A DNA stretch of 64,000 nt from Selaginella moellendorffii. Its lineage: Eukaryota > Plantae > Lycopodiophyta. The stretch is taken from positions 1,231,150 to 1,295,149 of the forward strand of contig NW_003314317.1 in NCBI RefSeq assembly GCF_000143415.4. Reading direction: 5' to 3'. A program made the position numbers and the translations under genes. Of the stretch, positions 22,501 to 35,767 are shown one piece after another. The notes beneath the pieces are model-generated. The model was not told the origin of the DNA. It searched no databases and saw only the letters and a program-made list of their open reading frames with translations. Positions within the stretch are counted from its first letter, which is position 1. The number at the start of each line of letters is the position of its first letter.

Positions 22501-25500
22501 GTCTTCGTGATCAAGCCTTGGATGTTCCATTTGCATTTTACGGATGTCGGTGTTGGATGTCGAAAGAATGGGCAAAAAGATGTTCGAGGCTTAAGCATAT
22601 TATGGGTCATGAGAATTTATGTTGAGGTGAACCTATGTGAAGTTGTAAGTAGGAGGAAGTTGGTTGAGTCTTGAAAGTTTGCATTTCTAGACTGAGAGTC
22701 ATTCTTTCTCTAGGATGAAAAATTTTCTACAAATTTTCTTAGACTTATCCAATGGCTGATCTGTTGATCACTTTGCTCGAAAACCATTCCGTTTTCGTAA
22801 GCCAGTACAAACTAGTGAAAGGGTTGGAATTGACTTCGGTTGGCTTAGACCTTAGTAGGTAGTTTGTATAATGTAGCCCGAAAGGGATGCTAACTTTTGG
22901 GGCTAAAGCAATTGAGTTGGATAAAGTCTAGAGTTAGTGTAGAAAAGTGGCCGTTGCACTTTTCTAGAAAGGTGACCCGTGTGCCTTTCTTTTGTAGCAT
23001 TATGCTTGGTGGCAGGTTGCACTTTGCATTTCCTTAGACTCTATGAGAGTAGTGAGCTCTCACTGATCTTGACTTGGTCTTGGTGGCCCTGCGCCTTGGC
23101 TGAGGATGGTGATATCCAACTTAGTTGTTTAAGGTTAAGATGTTGGTACCCGTACTATAGCTTTGTTTATGAGGAGGTTGTGTACCGATATGGATCCATC
23201 TCATGGTCTTCACTTTAGTTTCGACTAAGTGTTGATCATGCATAGCTAGCCTCTTCAAGGCATGCTCAGAGCTATTGACTAAACGTGTTAGTGAGTTTAT
23301 CGCAGTTGAGTTGGATTTGAGTGGTCATTTAGTTTGTGCTTGTCCATGAACCTTTATCTCATATCTAGGGTATTACGTTAATGTTGGACAAGTGTGTAAC
23401 TCAATGGCATGAGTTAGTGTTTGGGTCTTGTGAAAGGCAAGACAAGTGATTGTTGGTTGCTTTGCAACTAGTGATTGCTTGTAGACTTTGTCAAGGGCTT
23501 TTGACATTTGCTTCACTCGATAATGATTTAGCAGTGATGGGCTTGCTTTACCGGATGGGGTTGTGGAAGATCGTGTCGTTAGACTTATATGGGTTTTCCA
23601 TGTTGGCATGTCGACTCTACCTCTATTGATATCATTTGGTTGCGTTTAGTTCATAGTGTTAGATTTCATTAAGTCTTGGACGTGGTGATTCACTCCTTGA
23701 GGAAGTGTTATCTATAACTGAGTTTTGCTAAAGGATTGGTCTCAGATACTAATTATAGTATCTTCGACTTTGGTTAGCTTAGTTGCTAAAGAGTTTTGGG
23801 TGGTGATTCACTCTTGCTTTATTCTAGCTTTGTTATGGTGTTGATGGCATTGAAGTGATTCCTTGTCATTGATATTATTGATGTTGGGATTCAAGTGAGA
23901 TGAGATGTCTATCCTTAGGATTGATATTGAGTTTCATTAGTTTCAATAGAGATAGTGTTGATGATTTGGTTGTAGCTTTGTGTTATTAGCATTCGTGCAT
24001 TTGCTAGTTAGCAACTGTATTGATGTTCAAATGAACTGAGTGGCAAGTTTGAGTTAGTTGTGTTCTAAACGAGATTGTTTAGTAGAAGTTGAGCTTTGAC
24101 TTTTCCTTGAAAAGTGATTTCAGTCATGGACTATGGTAACTTTACGAGAGGAAGAGTTAGTGATCGATATTGAAGTGTTTGAATCCTTCTTGGATTTGAG
24201 TTAAAATATATTGATCATTGATGGTTCTTCTTGTGCTTGTTATGAAGTGAGTTACGTCTTGTTAGATGAATTCATGGAGGATCGGTTAGTGATCACTAGT
24301 CGAGCATAACTTCGTTATGCTTAGCTTTTGGATTGATGCAGACATGCTCTTCATTAGCTTTGGCATTATGAAGTTTGGCTTATGGATGTGTTGATGAAGA
24401 CATTGTGGGTTGCATCATGATTTTTTCTTTAGCATTGAAGTTAGCTTCTATGAGACTTATGATTATTATTACGCAAGACTTAGCTATAGGCTTCTTCGAG
24501 CTTTTGGTTCCTTGAGTTTTGTGCTTATTATTCCATTTGTTAGAAGTTATTGGGGAAGGCATTTTGGCTCCTAGCTTCGATGTTAAAGTTAGTATTTGCA
24601 TTTAGCAATTATTGGTAATGATTGACTATCATCTAGGATAATTGATTATCCTTGTCGAAGGTTTTGTTTGATTATCGTTGATCTAGAATGATTTGCTATT
24701 CTTCGGGATGGTAGATTCCTTCTTTGACAATGATTATGCATCACTGCATTGATGGGATGATTGATGATCTTTCATGATAGTTAGTTGTTTTCTTTGATGG
24801 CTTTTGGCTTTTCGCCATACCATATGTTCTTTGTGGTTTGCTCTAGATTGGTCTCTTGGGTTTGAGACATCGGTAGGATGTTGCTGACACTTGCTTAGGC
24901 AACTTAAGTTCCTTGGTATTGTTGGTTGGGATCTATTTAGATTGGCTTTTGTGATAGTTGGCAGGAATGAGTGTTTGTTGGTCTTACCGCATTCATTCTC
25001 TTCTGTTGATTGTTGCTCGAGTTAGTTTTGATAGATTTAGATGTTATTTCCTTTGAGTGATACATTCGCGAGCATTTTGCTTGTCAGTCAATGATACTTT
25101 GTGTTCTTTGAGTTATTTTTCGTAAGTTGTTTGGCATTCTGTCTGCAATATTTAATAGTTAAACTTTTTCATTGAGTTTACTTGATGATATACTTGCAAT
25201 TGAATTTTGTTTGATGGTGAATCCTATGTTTACCAATTATGATGATCTTGGTGGTTCTTGCACTATTGTACTGGTTTATTGGATGATAACTTGCTTAGAA
25301 TACTTTTGACTCTAAGATATAATCACTGATAATTAAGCTTCTAAGATATCATTGTCTCTGACTTTGATGTTGTCCATCTATTGATCTTTGAGTTTGGGCT
25401 AGTAATGGGCAGACTGGCTTCGGCACTTCGTGTGCATGGGGAAATCTCTAGTCATGGGGTAGCTACTGTCGACTGGTCATATCACCCACCTTTCTGTCGA

Positions 25501-27795
25501 TGTTCCTTATTCCGTTAAAAGAGCGTGACCGTGTAAACAACTCTAACTGCCTGTTTACAGTAGTTTATCTAAACCTTACCGACGGGTTTGGTTTCTTTGC
25601 TTAGGAGGGTTGGGGCCTTTGGTTTCTCTTTCTATGTTCCTGCGGGCAGGGGTGTATCACACTTTTGTAAGCTGGGTGACTCCCAGAGTAGCAAGGGTGG
25701 CTGACTCCGTTGGTCATTTCCTTGTCGGCGACGGCCGGAAGGTGTCTGAGCTGGTAGCGCATCCGCGTTAGACAAAGAGGTTGCCTCCTAACTCATTTAA
25801 ATTGGTGCATTTCTCACATAGTGTGAGTACCGTGAACTTTTTCTGGAGTTGTTTCTTTGGCAGTATTCTAGACTCGAGTATGCATCAACGAGGACGTCGA
25901 TCTTCCCTAGGGGGGGAGAGTGTCGCGAATGTGACTTCGGGTATCGAAAGTTACCTGTTGACTAGTCCTTACGGACACTGTTACCTTACTGCCACGATGG
26001 CAGGAGCTCAGTATTGCTGGGCTCGTTATCAGTCTCCACCTAAGCTAGTTGAGAAACTGGTCTTCACGTGTGCACTTGACCAGATGGGCATAAGGACGGA
26101 ATTCCTACGTGCTATTTGTCAAGCATACTTGACCTGGTTAGAGAAACTCATTCGTTGGCTTGCACTTGCTAGTGTTGGGAACCCCCGCGATATTGAGATT
26201 GGTCCCTCAATATCACTAGATGATAGCTTACCGTGTCTGCCAAACACCCTCGCTATCATGCCCTTTGTGTTGGTCTCATTTCAGTCCCAAATGCTATTTA
26301 TGGAAAGTGTCCAGATTTGTTCATTTGGCATATCTACGGAATGTAGAGATCGTCCTGAACACAATGGTGTTCGTCCCATGTCCAAATTCGCAATCTAAGG
26401 ATATTCCATATTTAGTAAGTTTCGAATTTGTCCCAGAGACTAACTCTTAATACTAAGGGAGGCTTGGGGTGAAAGCCCAAAGCGTGTGTTCCTCAAGGGG
26501 GGGGGGGGGGGGGGGGGCTATGGGGGGTTCCAAATGTATAGTAAAGATAGTAGGTAGGTCGGGCATGGCCGACCAACCTGAGGCATAGTCTAGCTCTTGC
26601 TTGCATGCCTGTCCTTGTTCTGCGTCCAGTTTGGGTCTAAGCCCAAGTTCCATTCCATGCTAGTTGGTGGAGTACCCATGTCCTCGCGTTAGGCCACCGA
26701 TATGCCGAAATAGTGCCAAACTCCATTTGGCTCCGTTTTGCATGCTGGTCCTGGCATTGGGATGCTAGTTGCTCTAGGACTGTTCCAAGTCGCTCCGGGC
26801 TCCTGTCCCTTCGCTCCTTGGGCTTTATGCTCAGGAGTTGCTCTGTGGTTCGGTTCCATCACTCCTTGGCTCCATGCTTGGGAGTTTGGCACCGTTCTTT
26901 CGTTCAGTGGTCCAAGGCCCTGAACCTCGGGTTCCTATGGACACGTGGCATGGACACGTGGCATCTGTCACGTGGCACAAAGAAGGTTTAGGTTCCGCTT
27001 TGTGGTGTTATCCTATGGTAAATCACCATAGGATAAAGGGTTAAAACCACGTGCGCTACAATCAACCACCACATAGGTATACATTTCTTTAATCACATTG
27101 GCCTTTCCTAGCCAAACTAGTTCCACTAGAGTCCTCCCTCTACTATCTTTTTGGAGTTCACCAAACCCCCCAAGGTCTGGGAGATGATTGCTTTGGTCTT
27201 TCACCCTCAGACTTAGACTTGGACTCAAACTTGGACTTGATCTTAATCTTGGTCCCAATCCCGGTCTCGGTTTCGGTCTTGGTCTTGGTCTCGAACTCTT
27301 TCTCGGACTTCATCTCAAACTCTATCTCAGATTCTTGCTTGGACTCTATCTCTGACTCCTTATCGGATTCCATTTTGGACTCCTTCTTGGACTCTATTTA
27401 GAACTCCTTCTTAGACTCTGTCTTGGACTTCATATTGGATTCTTGCTTGCACTCCATCTTAGACTCCATTTTGGATTTTTATTTGAACTCCATCTCGAAC
27501 TCCTTCTCAAATTCCATCGCTGACCTCTTCTTCGAACTCCATATCAGACTCAATCCTAATACTTCCATATATTACGACACTTGCTATGTGTGCCACTTTC
27601 TAAAGATTCATTCACTGATTGCTTTGTACTCATTCCATAAGCACTTTATTTGGAATTTCACTCCCACTCTTGACTTTCTGAGTTAGAGCTTTTGGTCTAA
27701 ATATATTACGCTCGTTGGACTTTTACTTTGGCACTGCCATATAGCACATCTTCAGCTCCACTTTTGGGCTTAGGGATTTGTGTTTCACAACTTAT

Positions 27796-29575
27796 TGTAA
27801 GCAACTAAAGGGAATAACTCAAGAGACAATCCATAAGGGTTCAAATATAGAAGGAAAAGGCCAACTTAATTTTTTATTCTACTTTAGTCACTTTTAACCA
27901 TTTAAAGGAGTTTCACTCATAACTTTCATATGTTCTATTCTGGACTTGGGGACTTACTAGCCCTGTGAATGGCATCTATACCATTCAACCTTTACATTTA
28001 GTCCAAGTGCTTCATATATTCAATCTTATAATCAATACTCCAAAGGTATTACTAACATATCAGTCTGTTATGCTAAGGCCATGTCCATTTACCCTTGTTT
28101 CATTAGTAGTCCTAAATTACCCATGCCATAGTCCCATCTTTCAAAGACTAGGCCATCCATCCATGAGTGGTCATCCTAAAATTACTCTTTAGCATCCTTA
28201 AGATGTCTAGAAACATAGAAAACAACCTTCCCCAACATCCCTTTTTTGGTCTCTACCAAATCTTTCTTCGTCCCCAGTTATGTTTGCCAATACTGCCACT
28301 AAGTCAGGGCCCAAATACCCAACCATGATGTCCTATAGATCTTTGGGACTTGCCATATGACTGCATCTTTGGTCATTACACAAGATTTCTATCCTCTTTT
28401 TTTCCACAATCTAAGACTTTGGAATAACATTTTGAAACATTGTGGCCTTACATAAGCCTCATGGGTACTCTCCCCATCTTTCGCCTTTAGGTGCCCTAGC
28501 CATATGGCTTGAGCGAGGTTCCGATAAATCACACTAGGTATTTAAGTAGGTAGTGCCACCCACACTTAAATTGGGAGCATTAATCATTTGATCTTCTGAA
28601 GGAGTTAAAGTTAGCTTTTGAACACTTCACCAAGTTACCCTATTTGTCTATCTATATTCACTCTAGTCTTGGACTCCTTAGTGGTTATATCATCACTCAC
28701 TACATGGGTATAACCTTCCTTAGTCATATTGGCCTTTCCTACCTAAATTGTCTCTATTGGAGTTTTCCCCCTATTATACTTTTGGAGCTCACCAAACCCC
28801 TTAGAGTCTAGGAGATAATCACTTTGGGCTTTCACCCTCGACTCAGATACGGACTTAGATTTGGACTTGGACTCAGACTCGGATTTGAACTTGGACTCGG
28901 TCTCAGACTCAGTCTCGGTTTTAGTCTCGGTCTCGGTCTCTTTCTCGGCCTTGACCTCGGACTCCATCTCAGGTCTATCTTGGACTTGACCTCGGACTTC
29001 ATCTCAGGTCCATCTCGAACTCCATCTCAAGTCCATCTTGGGTCTATCTCAGGTCCATCTTGAATCCATATTGGACTTTATCTCGGACTCCATTTTAGGT
29101 CCATATCGAACTCCATCTCAAGTCCATCTTGGGTCCATCTCAAGTTCATCTTGGATCCATATTGGACTCCACCTCGAACTCCATCTTAAATCCATCTCAG
29201 TTTATATTGGACTCCATCTTGGACTCCATCTTGGACTCATTCCTAACACTTCCATGTGTCATGACACTTGTTATGTGTCAGTCCTTCTTGTGTCCCTTTT
29301 TAGAGACTCATTCATAGATTTCTTTGTATACATTCTTTGAACACTTTGTTTGGAGTTTTATTCTCACTCTCGACTTTCCAAGTAGGAGCTTTTGGTTTAA
29401 ATATGTTACACTTATTGGACTTCTGGTTCGACCACTACCATGTGGCATCCTTTCTACTCCACTTTTGGGCTTAGGGATTTGTGTCTCACATTTATGAAAA
29501 AAAATGCACCCTTTTCAATTAAAGGTCTTTAGGTATTTAGGGTTAAGTGTCGTTATGTTTGAATAATACTAAGCA
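27796..29575 (+). mobile_element. Second, degenerate Cassandra-type LTR split by a B-family LTR (pieces 27796-~27862 and ~29491-29575)
   Basis: TGTAAGCAACTAAAGGGAA...GGTTCAAATATAGAAGGAAAAGGCC matches 12091-12158. The match resumes at ~29494 with ATGAAAAAAAATGCACCC...GGGTTAAGTGTC...GTTTGAATAATACT. Confidence 0.75.
27863..29490 (-). repeat. Degenerate solo LTR of the element-B family
   Basis: Reverse-complement match to the full B LTR, including a decayed minisatellite (28840-29240). Ends GGATTTGTGTCTCACA at 29490. Confidence 0.8.
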
Positions 29576-30044
29576 AATGCAAGAGCATAGTACTAAACAA
29601 GTGGAAGCTACAAAGAAAAGTTTTGTGAGTCGATATTAGAGATGGTTTTAAAGGCTAATTGAAAGAACTACATAAATACAAGGTTTTGCATTTGTTGTAG
29701 TTATATTTTGGATTTTAACCTCTTATTTTGGTTTAAAGTTATTGCTTTGAGAGGTTATAATTGGTTCATCGAAATTCCATATATAGATGATGCTTATGGT
29801 ATAGCTTTTAGTTATATTGTTATTATAGTTGACAGCAACTATATTGTAAGTCGGTGGTGTTATGGAAGTTTTACAGTAGTGTGCAATAGCTCAGTAAAAG
29901 TTTCAAATGTTTTATCAAATTTACTTTAATTAGGCCTTTTCATCTTATTGAAGAAGTCTATATATATAGATAGATAGATAGATAGATAAATATGCTAATT
30001 AGTAGTGTAATATATGGACTATATAAGGTCTATTTTTCTTATAT

Positions 30045-30150
30045 ATGAGTAGAGGTATTTACCCCTGTTGGATTAATTTCAATTCAAACCATTTGTTCAT
30101 ATGGTTTTTGGGCTAATTGATATGCACATTTTTGTATTCCATTTCCATAG
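30045..30150 (+). repeat. Relic of the short gypsy LTR seen at 1643-1816
   Basis: 30103-30126 GGTTTTTGGGCTAATTGATATGCA is the exact reverse complement of 1681-1704, with weaker similarity on both flanks. Confidence 0.7.
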
Positions 30151-30399
30151 ATTTAATCTTTCACTCCAAAAAGCTTTCAATATATTTTTTTCTATAAAGA
30201 TTTTTTGTTATATATTGATCCTTATATATAGATACATTATTAGAAATAATAATAAAATATAAGATTATTAATTTTTTTAAGAATCAACTACTACTATAGT
30301 ATGATTCTTTAAAGTTTTGATCAATAATAATTACTTATCTCCTGTTTAGGGAATATATAAATAGAAAAAATTTCAGGAAAATATAATTTTTATAAATAC

Positions 30400-33250
30400 A
30401 TATGTTAAAATGAATCTCCATCTTTAGCCTCATGAACCACAGGCATTAGTTCATAGAAAACTACCTCTGAATGATTTTCTTTTAGAATTGCATATCGAGT
30501 TTTTACAACTTGGACATAATCCCTTATTAAGTTCCCCACTACTACATGCTCTATCTTTATAGCCATACCTTTGGCCCCTCAGTAAGCACTATATAAAACT
30601 TATCTAACTTCCCTCACTCATGGATTCTTCATCAACATCTTTACCACTTAGCCTTTTATCATTTGATGAAGCTTTGAGCTCCTTAACTTGTGTCACAACC
30701 TAAAAAACAAAAAAAATATATACATTAAGTAATGCCTTCTTGGTGCCTTTCATGCCCTTTTAGAAGCCTCCCCTAAGCATCTTCATCATTGATGACAACA
30801 TTTATTCTTAGCTACTCTCTACCTCCTATTATATTTGATTTTTGCCTAGATACCTTGAGAAGCATCTTTATCTCTAACATTTGCCTCTCAAACTCCTAGG
30901 TTTCCTTCACTAACAGCTTAGTTTAGTGCTTTGCTATGAATATCTTCTCAATCTGGGCATCACTTGCCTACTTAGCCTTTTGAGATTCCCTTGCTTGAAC
31001 TGCTGACTAGTCCAACTCACTAATGCATGCATGTAAGCAAGCTTCATCACAAGCCTCTACCTGGTCAAGACAATTTTTTAGCCACCCATACTCTATAAGT
31101 AACTTGGAGCTAGCATCTTCTTAGTGCCTCATCTTTGCATGAGATGTTTTTGCTAGCATCCAGGTTCTATATATCCATGTCAAAGGCCAGTGTTTATCTA
31201 TTCCTCACACTTGCAATTTGTACTCCTCTTGGATTTGTTAAATTCTAATTTTCACTAGCTTCTAGATAATTGCCTCATGTGTTAAAATCCTAGAATGTCC
31301 TATATTCCTCCATAATTGGGAAAACCACTCATCGCAACTCAACAATCTCCCCTTATACCTACTGTGAGATATCTTAATGCATTCCCAGTAGTAAAACTGG
31401 ATAGTTAAAGGAATCCTTATTACAAATCTTCCATAAGCATTCTTTTATAAAGATAGCCACTACTTTATATAACTTTTTCATCTCAAGGCTTTCATAGTTA
31501 TTATATAAATCTACTACAAAAATCTCCTAACACCTAAAGATTTCCCCAACCTTGACTTTTTGTCCATCCCCAAAAGTAAGTGGCATACTTTTCGTGAGTA
31601 GGGTTGATATGATCATCAACTCCACAATCTATAGCCTAGTTTCAAATTTAATCCCCATGTGGGATATAAGCAAATTGCTTTCTCACAAAAGATTTTATAT
31701 TTTGCCAATAGCCCCTACAAAATCATAATCTTTCACATATGAAGATCTATTACCTAAAGTATTGTGGAATCAATAAGATCACCACCTAAGCCCCAATTCA
31801 AAAACCATTAAGGTTGAAGGAGGTCAATTTCATTAATGAGCCTCTATGGATATAATAGTTTGTTTGTTTCTTCATGTCAAATTCTCCTCCTCTAGGTTAC
31901 ATATAATAATTCTTCCCTCACCTTCTTGGGTGTAGGTTTGCCCTCTACTTCAAGATCTTGGATCAGAATTTCCTTTCAAACTTTCTTTACTGACTTCAAG
32001 GTCATTTAATGGTAACTCTTCCTCTTTGGTTTTTAATGCTTCTTGCTGTTATAAGATTTTGGCACATAAATCTCTTCATTAACACTTAATGCCCAAAAGC
32101 TTATCTTCAGATTCTTTTAAGGCTGAACACCCTTTCCCTTTCCCCAAATTATCACCCACAAGAACTTAGAATCCACCAAGAATTTTCCCATGCATACACT
32201 AAAGTATTTATGCCAACTAGTTTGGTTACTTAATTCTGATGGGCAATCACTTTCATAGTTAATTTTGTGCCATATGTCAAGGGTTGCCATGTGTTTTTTA
32301 ACTCTTTTTTTCTCTCACTTTTCTTTTCTTTGTTTTTTTCTTCACTCTCTTTCTTTGCCACTTTTCTTACTTCTCTCATTTTTTTTCCTGCTTCCTATAG
32401 TCCTAATACAACCTAGATGTCTCTATAATATCTTCCTTAAGGAAAACATATGAGTAGTGTCTAGCAATTTAATGCCGTTCTTTATCTTTAAGGATTAAAT
32501 TTTGGTTATGTCCTTCTTTTTAGCCTATAACTTTGTATGGTCCCTTTATCATTGCCTCAGAATACACCCAAAACATTTTTTCTTCTTTTGCATTGATATT
32601 GGCTTGTGCAGTACTTTTTGTAACTCCAAAACTAACACATATAGACTTTGGATAGTAGCCACTTCACTCTTCCTCGCTTCTAGGATTTGTCATATCATTT
32701 TGTGGTAGGAGTCATAAAAATTCTTAACCAAACTGTGGGAAACTAACATTTTTAGATTTTGTATGAGAGGGACCATTCCATCAAGATTCAATAACACGAC
32801 TAAAATGAACTTTTGACATATTTAAGGTGTCATGCTAATCTTGAGCTCATCTAGAGAATAGTGAAAATACGTCCAAAAGAAGATTTTCCTTAGCAAAAAA
32901 ATGTAGAAAGATTTGTCGCCACCACCTCACCATTTAAGCCTTGATATGTGCCAATTGTGATCCTCCTGTGAAATCTCTCATCCAAGGAAAAATTGCTCCT
33001 TCTCATTTTCTTGATTTTGGGTATGTCCTCCTTACTCTTAAACTCCAAACATATTTGCACCACCCTCTTAAGCATCTTTTCCTTTGGCATTGGCTTGAGA
33101 TATTATTAATAGTATTTTCCTTGGGCATACTTCTTTTCTTTCTCAGCAATAACAGCCAAACTTTGCTTCTTAGATTTTACAAAAGATTCACTTGGTCATG
33201 AATTAAATCCACCACCAACCATCTTTTTGCATTCAACTCTTCAGAAAAGT
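30400..33250 (-). mobile_element. Possible highly decayed retroelement gag/protease remnant
   Basis: Strand-biased composition and stop-riddled coding-like stretches on the minus strand, with a LIDS-like motif near 31770. Family not identifiable. Confidence 0.3.
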
Positions 33251-33928
33251 GTTGCAATAGTATTAAGTTAAAGATTAACAAAAGAAACTCATATTTTAGA
33301 AGTTAATTCTTTCCCCACATGCAAGAATTGTCAAACAATCTTTATAATATTAAGAAAGGTGTAATGAACAAACTTAAACCACATGACATAGAATATTTAA
33401 CATATCAGCCTAGCAATGCTTCTTTGGTCTCTTGCTAACATAGCCTAGTTGTTTTATGCTTATTAATGGTAGCTTTATGGAAGGTGTATTGATGTAAGAG
33501 AGCATGAGTTTTATGACCTAACATTATAGCACATTGTATATGCCAACATAAAATCTCCAAACATGCTCACTCTAAGGTACTTGGGATATTAAAATAAACA
33601 TAATTGTTGTTCAAATAAAAAATCCCACATCCACAAAACTAATGTGAGCACACTCTAATTTAAGTTGTAAGCAACAAAACACTCTTTACTCTAGAGCACA
33701 CTCCAAGAAACATTATTAAACACAAAATCCCTGAAGGGTGGGGTGAGGCTCAATTTAACCAAGTTCTCTATTACTTCCCACTCTTATTTTTCAATTCCTT
33801 CTTGGGATCTCAGAATTCTCTACATGTGCTATAGCTCTACCACCTCTTTCCATCATGAGTATGTCCTTTAGAAACCCAATTAGTTAGGGTGAACGTTAAC
33901 TTTTTTACTTTTTTTTGCAATAAAATTA

Positions 33929-34832
33929 GGGGGTTTTCGCACCCACCATTAATTTAGGGCTTTTACATCAGAGGATTTTAGCCTAATTTAAAATTTTAAT
34001 GTTATTCTTTTCACACCAATATTAGTTAATAATAGCATTAGTAGTTATTAGTCATTTTGGGTGATAAAAACTTTGGATAATGTTAACTGGTTCACACTCC
34101 CATTAAATTAGTTAATTTAATGATGCTCTGTTCACACCAGCTATTAAGTTATACCTTATAACATGCAGCAGTGCAAAAGGCGACAACAATCACGAAGATC
34201 TTGGCACCAGCCACCCCCATCAATCTCCCTCACCCTCTTTGCACTAGCTCCTCCATCTCCCCACTCCCTCCTCAAAAAGTGGCAGTGGAGGAGGCGGCAG
34301 CAATGACAACGATAGGAGGAGCTTCCACAGCGGCGGCAATGGCCTCGTCCCCCAGCCTGGCGGCGGTAATGGCGTCGAGTGGCATGGCGGAGCAAAGCAA
34401 CGGGGAGGCAAGTGCTCTGGAATGTGGTGTTGGGCACAAGTGCAAGAGCCCCAACAAGCCCAGTGGGCTTCTCCAGTGGGGGCAGCGGAATGGGTGTGTC
34501 ATGGAAGCAACCAAGGGAGGAGGAAGAGGTGGCGTTTGGAGAGTTGTGCACATGAAGAAGCAGCAGCAGCACGGATCTAACATTGCCCTATAGAATATTC
34601 GTGGAATAATTTAATCCTAATGCTACAAAAGTGTAGCATTAGGATTTTAGCGAAAAATGTGAAAGAAATGCTAATTGTAACATTAGCTTACTTTAATGTT
34701 TATTTCTGGTGTGAACAAGTTACCATTAAATTATCTATTAAATTAGAGTTTACAAAATCTAATATAATAGTGTGGTGGTGTGAACGAATTACCATTAAAT
34801 TTACTAATTTAATGGTGGGTGCGAAACCCCCC
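33929..34832. mobile_element. Non-autonomous TIR DNA transposon (~0.9 kb, MITE-like)
   Basis: TIRs GGGGGTTTTCGCACCCACCATTA / TAATGGTGGGTGCGAAACCCCCC flanked by TTA and TAA. Subterminal TTCACAC and GGTGTGAAC repeats. No transposase. Confidence 0.85.
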
Positions 34833-34875
34833 TAAGACTTTTGAATTTTTTACCACTTTAGGGTTTATAGGGCTT

Positions 34876-35679
34876 ATGCTCCGGGCATGGATTGGAGCTA
34901 GGTCGCGGTCGAGAGCGCTGCTCCAGCAGTGCCGACGGCTGAGCGCGCCACCTCCTCAAATTGTGGATCCCGCCGATGGATCGCCTCCGCCTCCGCCTCC
35001 ATCTCCGCCTCCTCCCGCCGTGATCGACAGTGAGGAGACGAGGCGCGCCAAGCAGCGCGCGGCGGATCTCAAGGCCATCTATGAAGGTAGGATGGATTTC
35101 GAGATCGCTACCAGGGTCGCATTTGGGGAATCTAAGAATCCAAATCCCAAGGAGCTCGGGTATGTTGCTAGAGTCCTCTTTGAAATAAGTGTCTTCCTCT
35201 TTCTTCCAGGCTTGATTGGCACTTGTGGCAGTTCTTCGTATGCGTCGTCGTCCCGGTTTCTCGTAAGCGACCAAAGTTCTAGCTCGATTTTTCTTTGTGG
35301 CTGAGCATTTTGATTCTCTTGTCTGGAGCAGTGATCTACATGGTGGCAATGTACGCGCGTCGAGAGATTCGAAGATTGGAGAAGGTAAGGATGGAACTTG
35401 GAGAGCTTTCTCTAACCGTTTTTTTCTCTTTTCCAGGAGAGAGGGATTGAGCCACTGCCAAAGAAGACATGGGCGAATAGATACGAGATCGATCGATTGC
35501 AAAAGGAGTACCAAGCCAAACGAACAGTGAGGCGCGCGGGATTAGACGTCGAAGAGCTCAAATCTCTCAAAGGCAGGCTCGATTCGATCGATGACAAACT
35601 CGCCAAACTGGAAACGTTTTTAAATCGCCCAGCGCTTCCAGAGATACCTTCAAGTCCTCCAGCAAATCAATCAAAGTGA
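34876..35679 (+). CDS. Uncharacterised single-pass membrane/coiled-coil protein, probably mitochondrial (4 exons)
   Basis: Arg-rich presequence-like N-terminus. The spliced frame gives DWHLWQFFVCVVVPVSLIYMVAMYARREIRRLEK, then a coiled coil ending at TGA 35679. Confidence 0.7.
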
Positions 35680-35767
35680 CGAGCTTGTAAAAATCATGGT
35701 TTCAATCCCCACCGTCAAATTTGCCGGGCCATCTGACGGTCACGGTTTTACGTTATTAGGGTTCTTC

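Larger units (their letters stand above)
12468..27060 (+). mobile_element. LTR retrotransposon A (gypsy-like, non-autonomous or decayed internal region)
   Basis: 5' LTR is 12468-13195 plus 20550-20955, and 3' LTR is 25921-27060 (TGTCGCG...GCTACA). TSD ATCAA on both sides, PBS TGGTATCA at ~20958, PPT AGGGGGGGAGAG ending at 25920. Confidence 0.93.
11700..27789 (-). repeat. Old degenerate LTR of element-B family, split by later insertions (pieces ~11700-12090, 12291-12467, 27066-27789)
   Basis: Reverse-complement similarity to the element-B LTR continues across both insertions. The piece ends ...GGATTTGTGTTTCACA at 27789, matching the LTR start TGTGAGACACAAAATCC. The left end is approximate. 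Confidence 0.75.

Noticed and set aside
25781-26398. 205-aa ORF
   Set aside because: It crosses the PPT/LTR boundary, is stopped in the 5' LTR copy, and has no recognisable domain.
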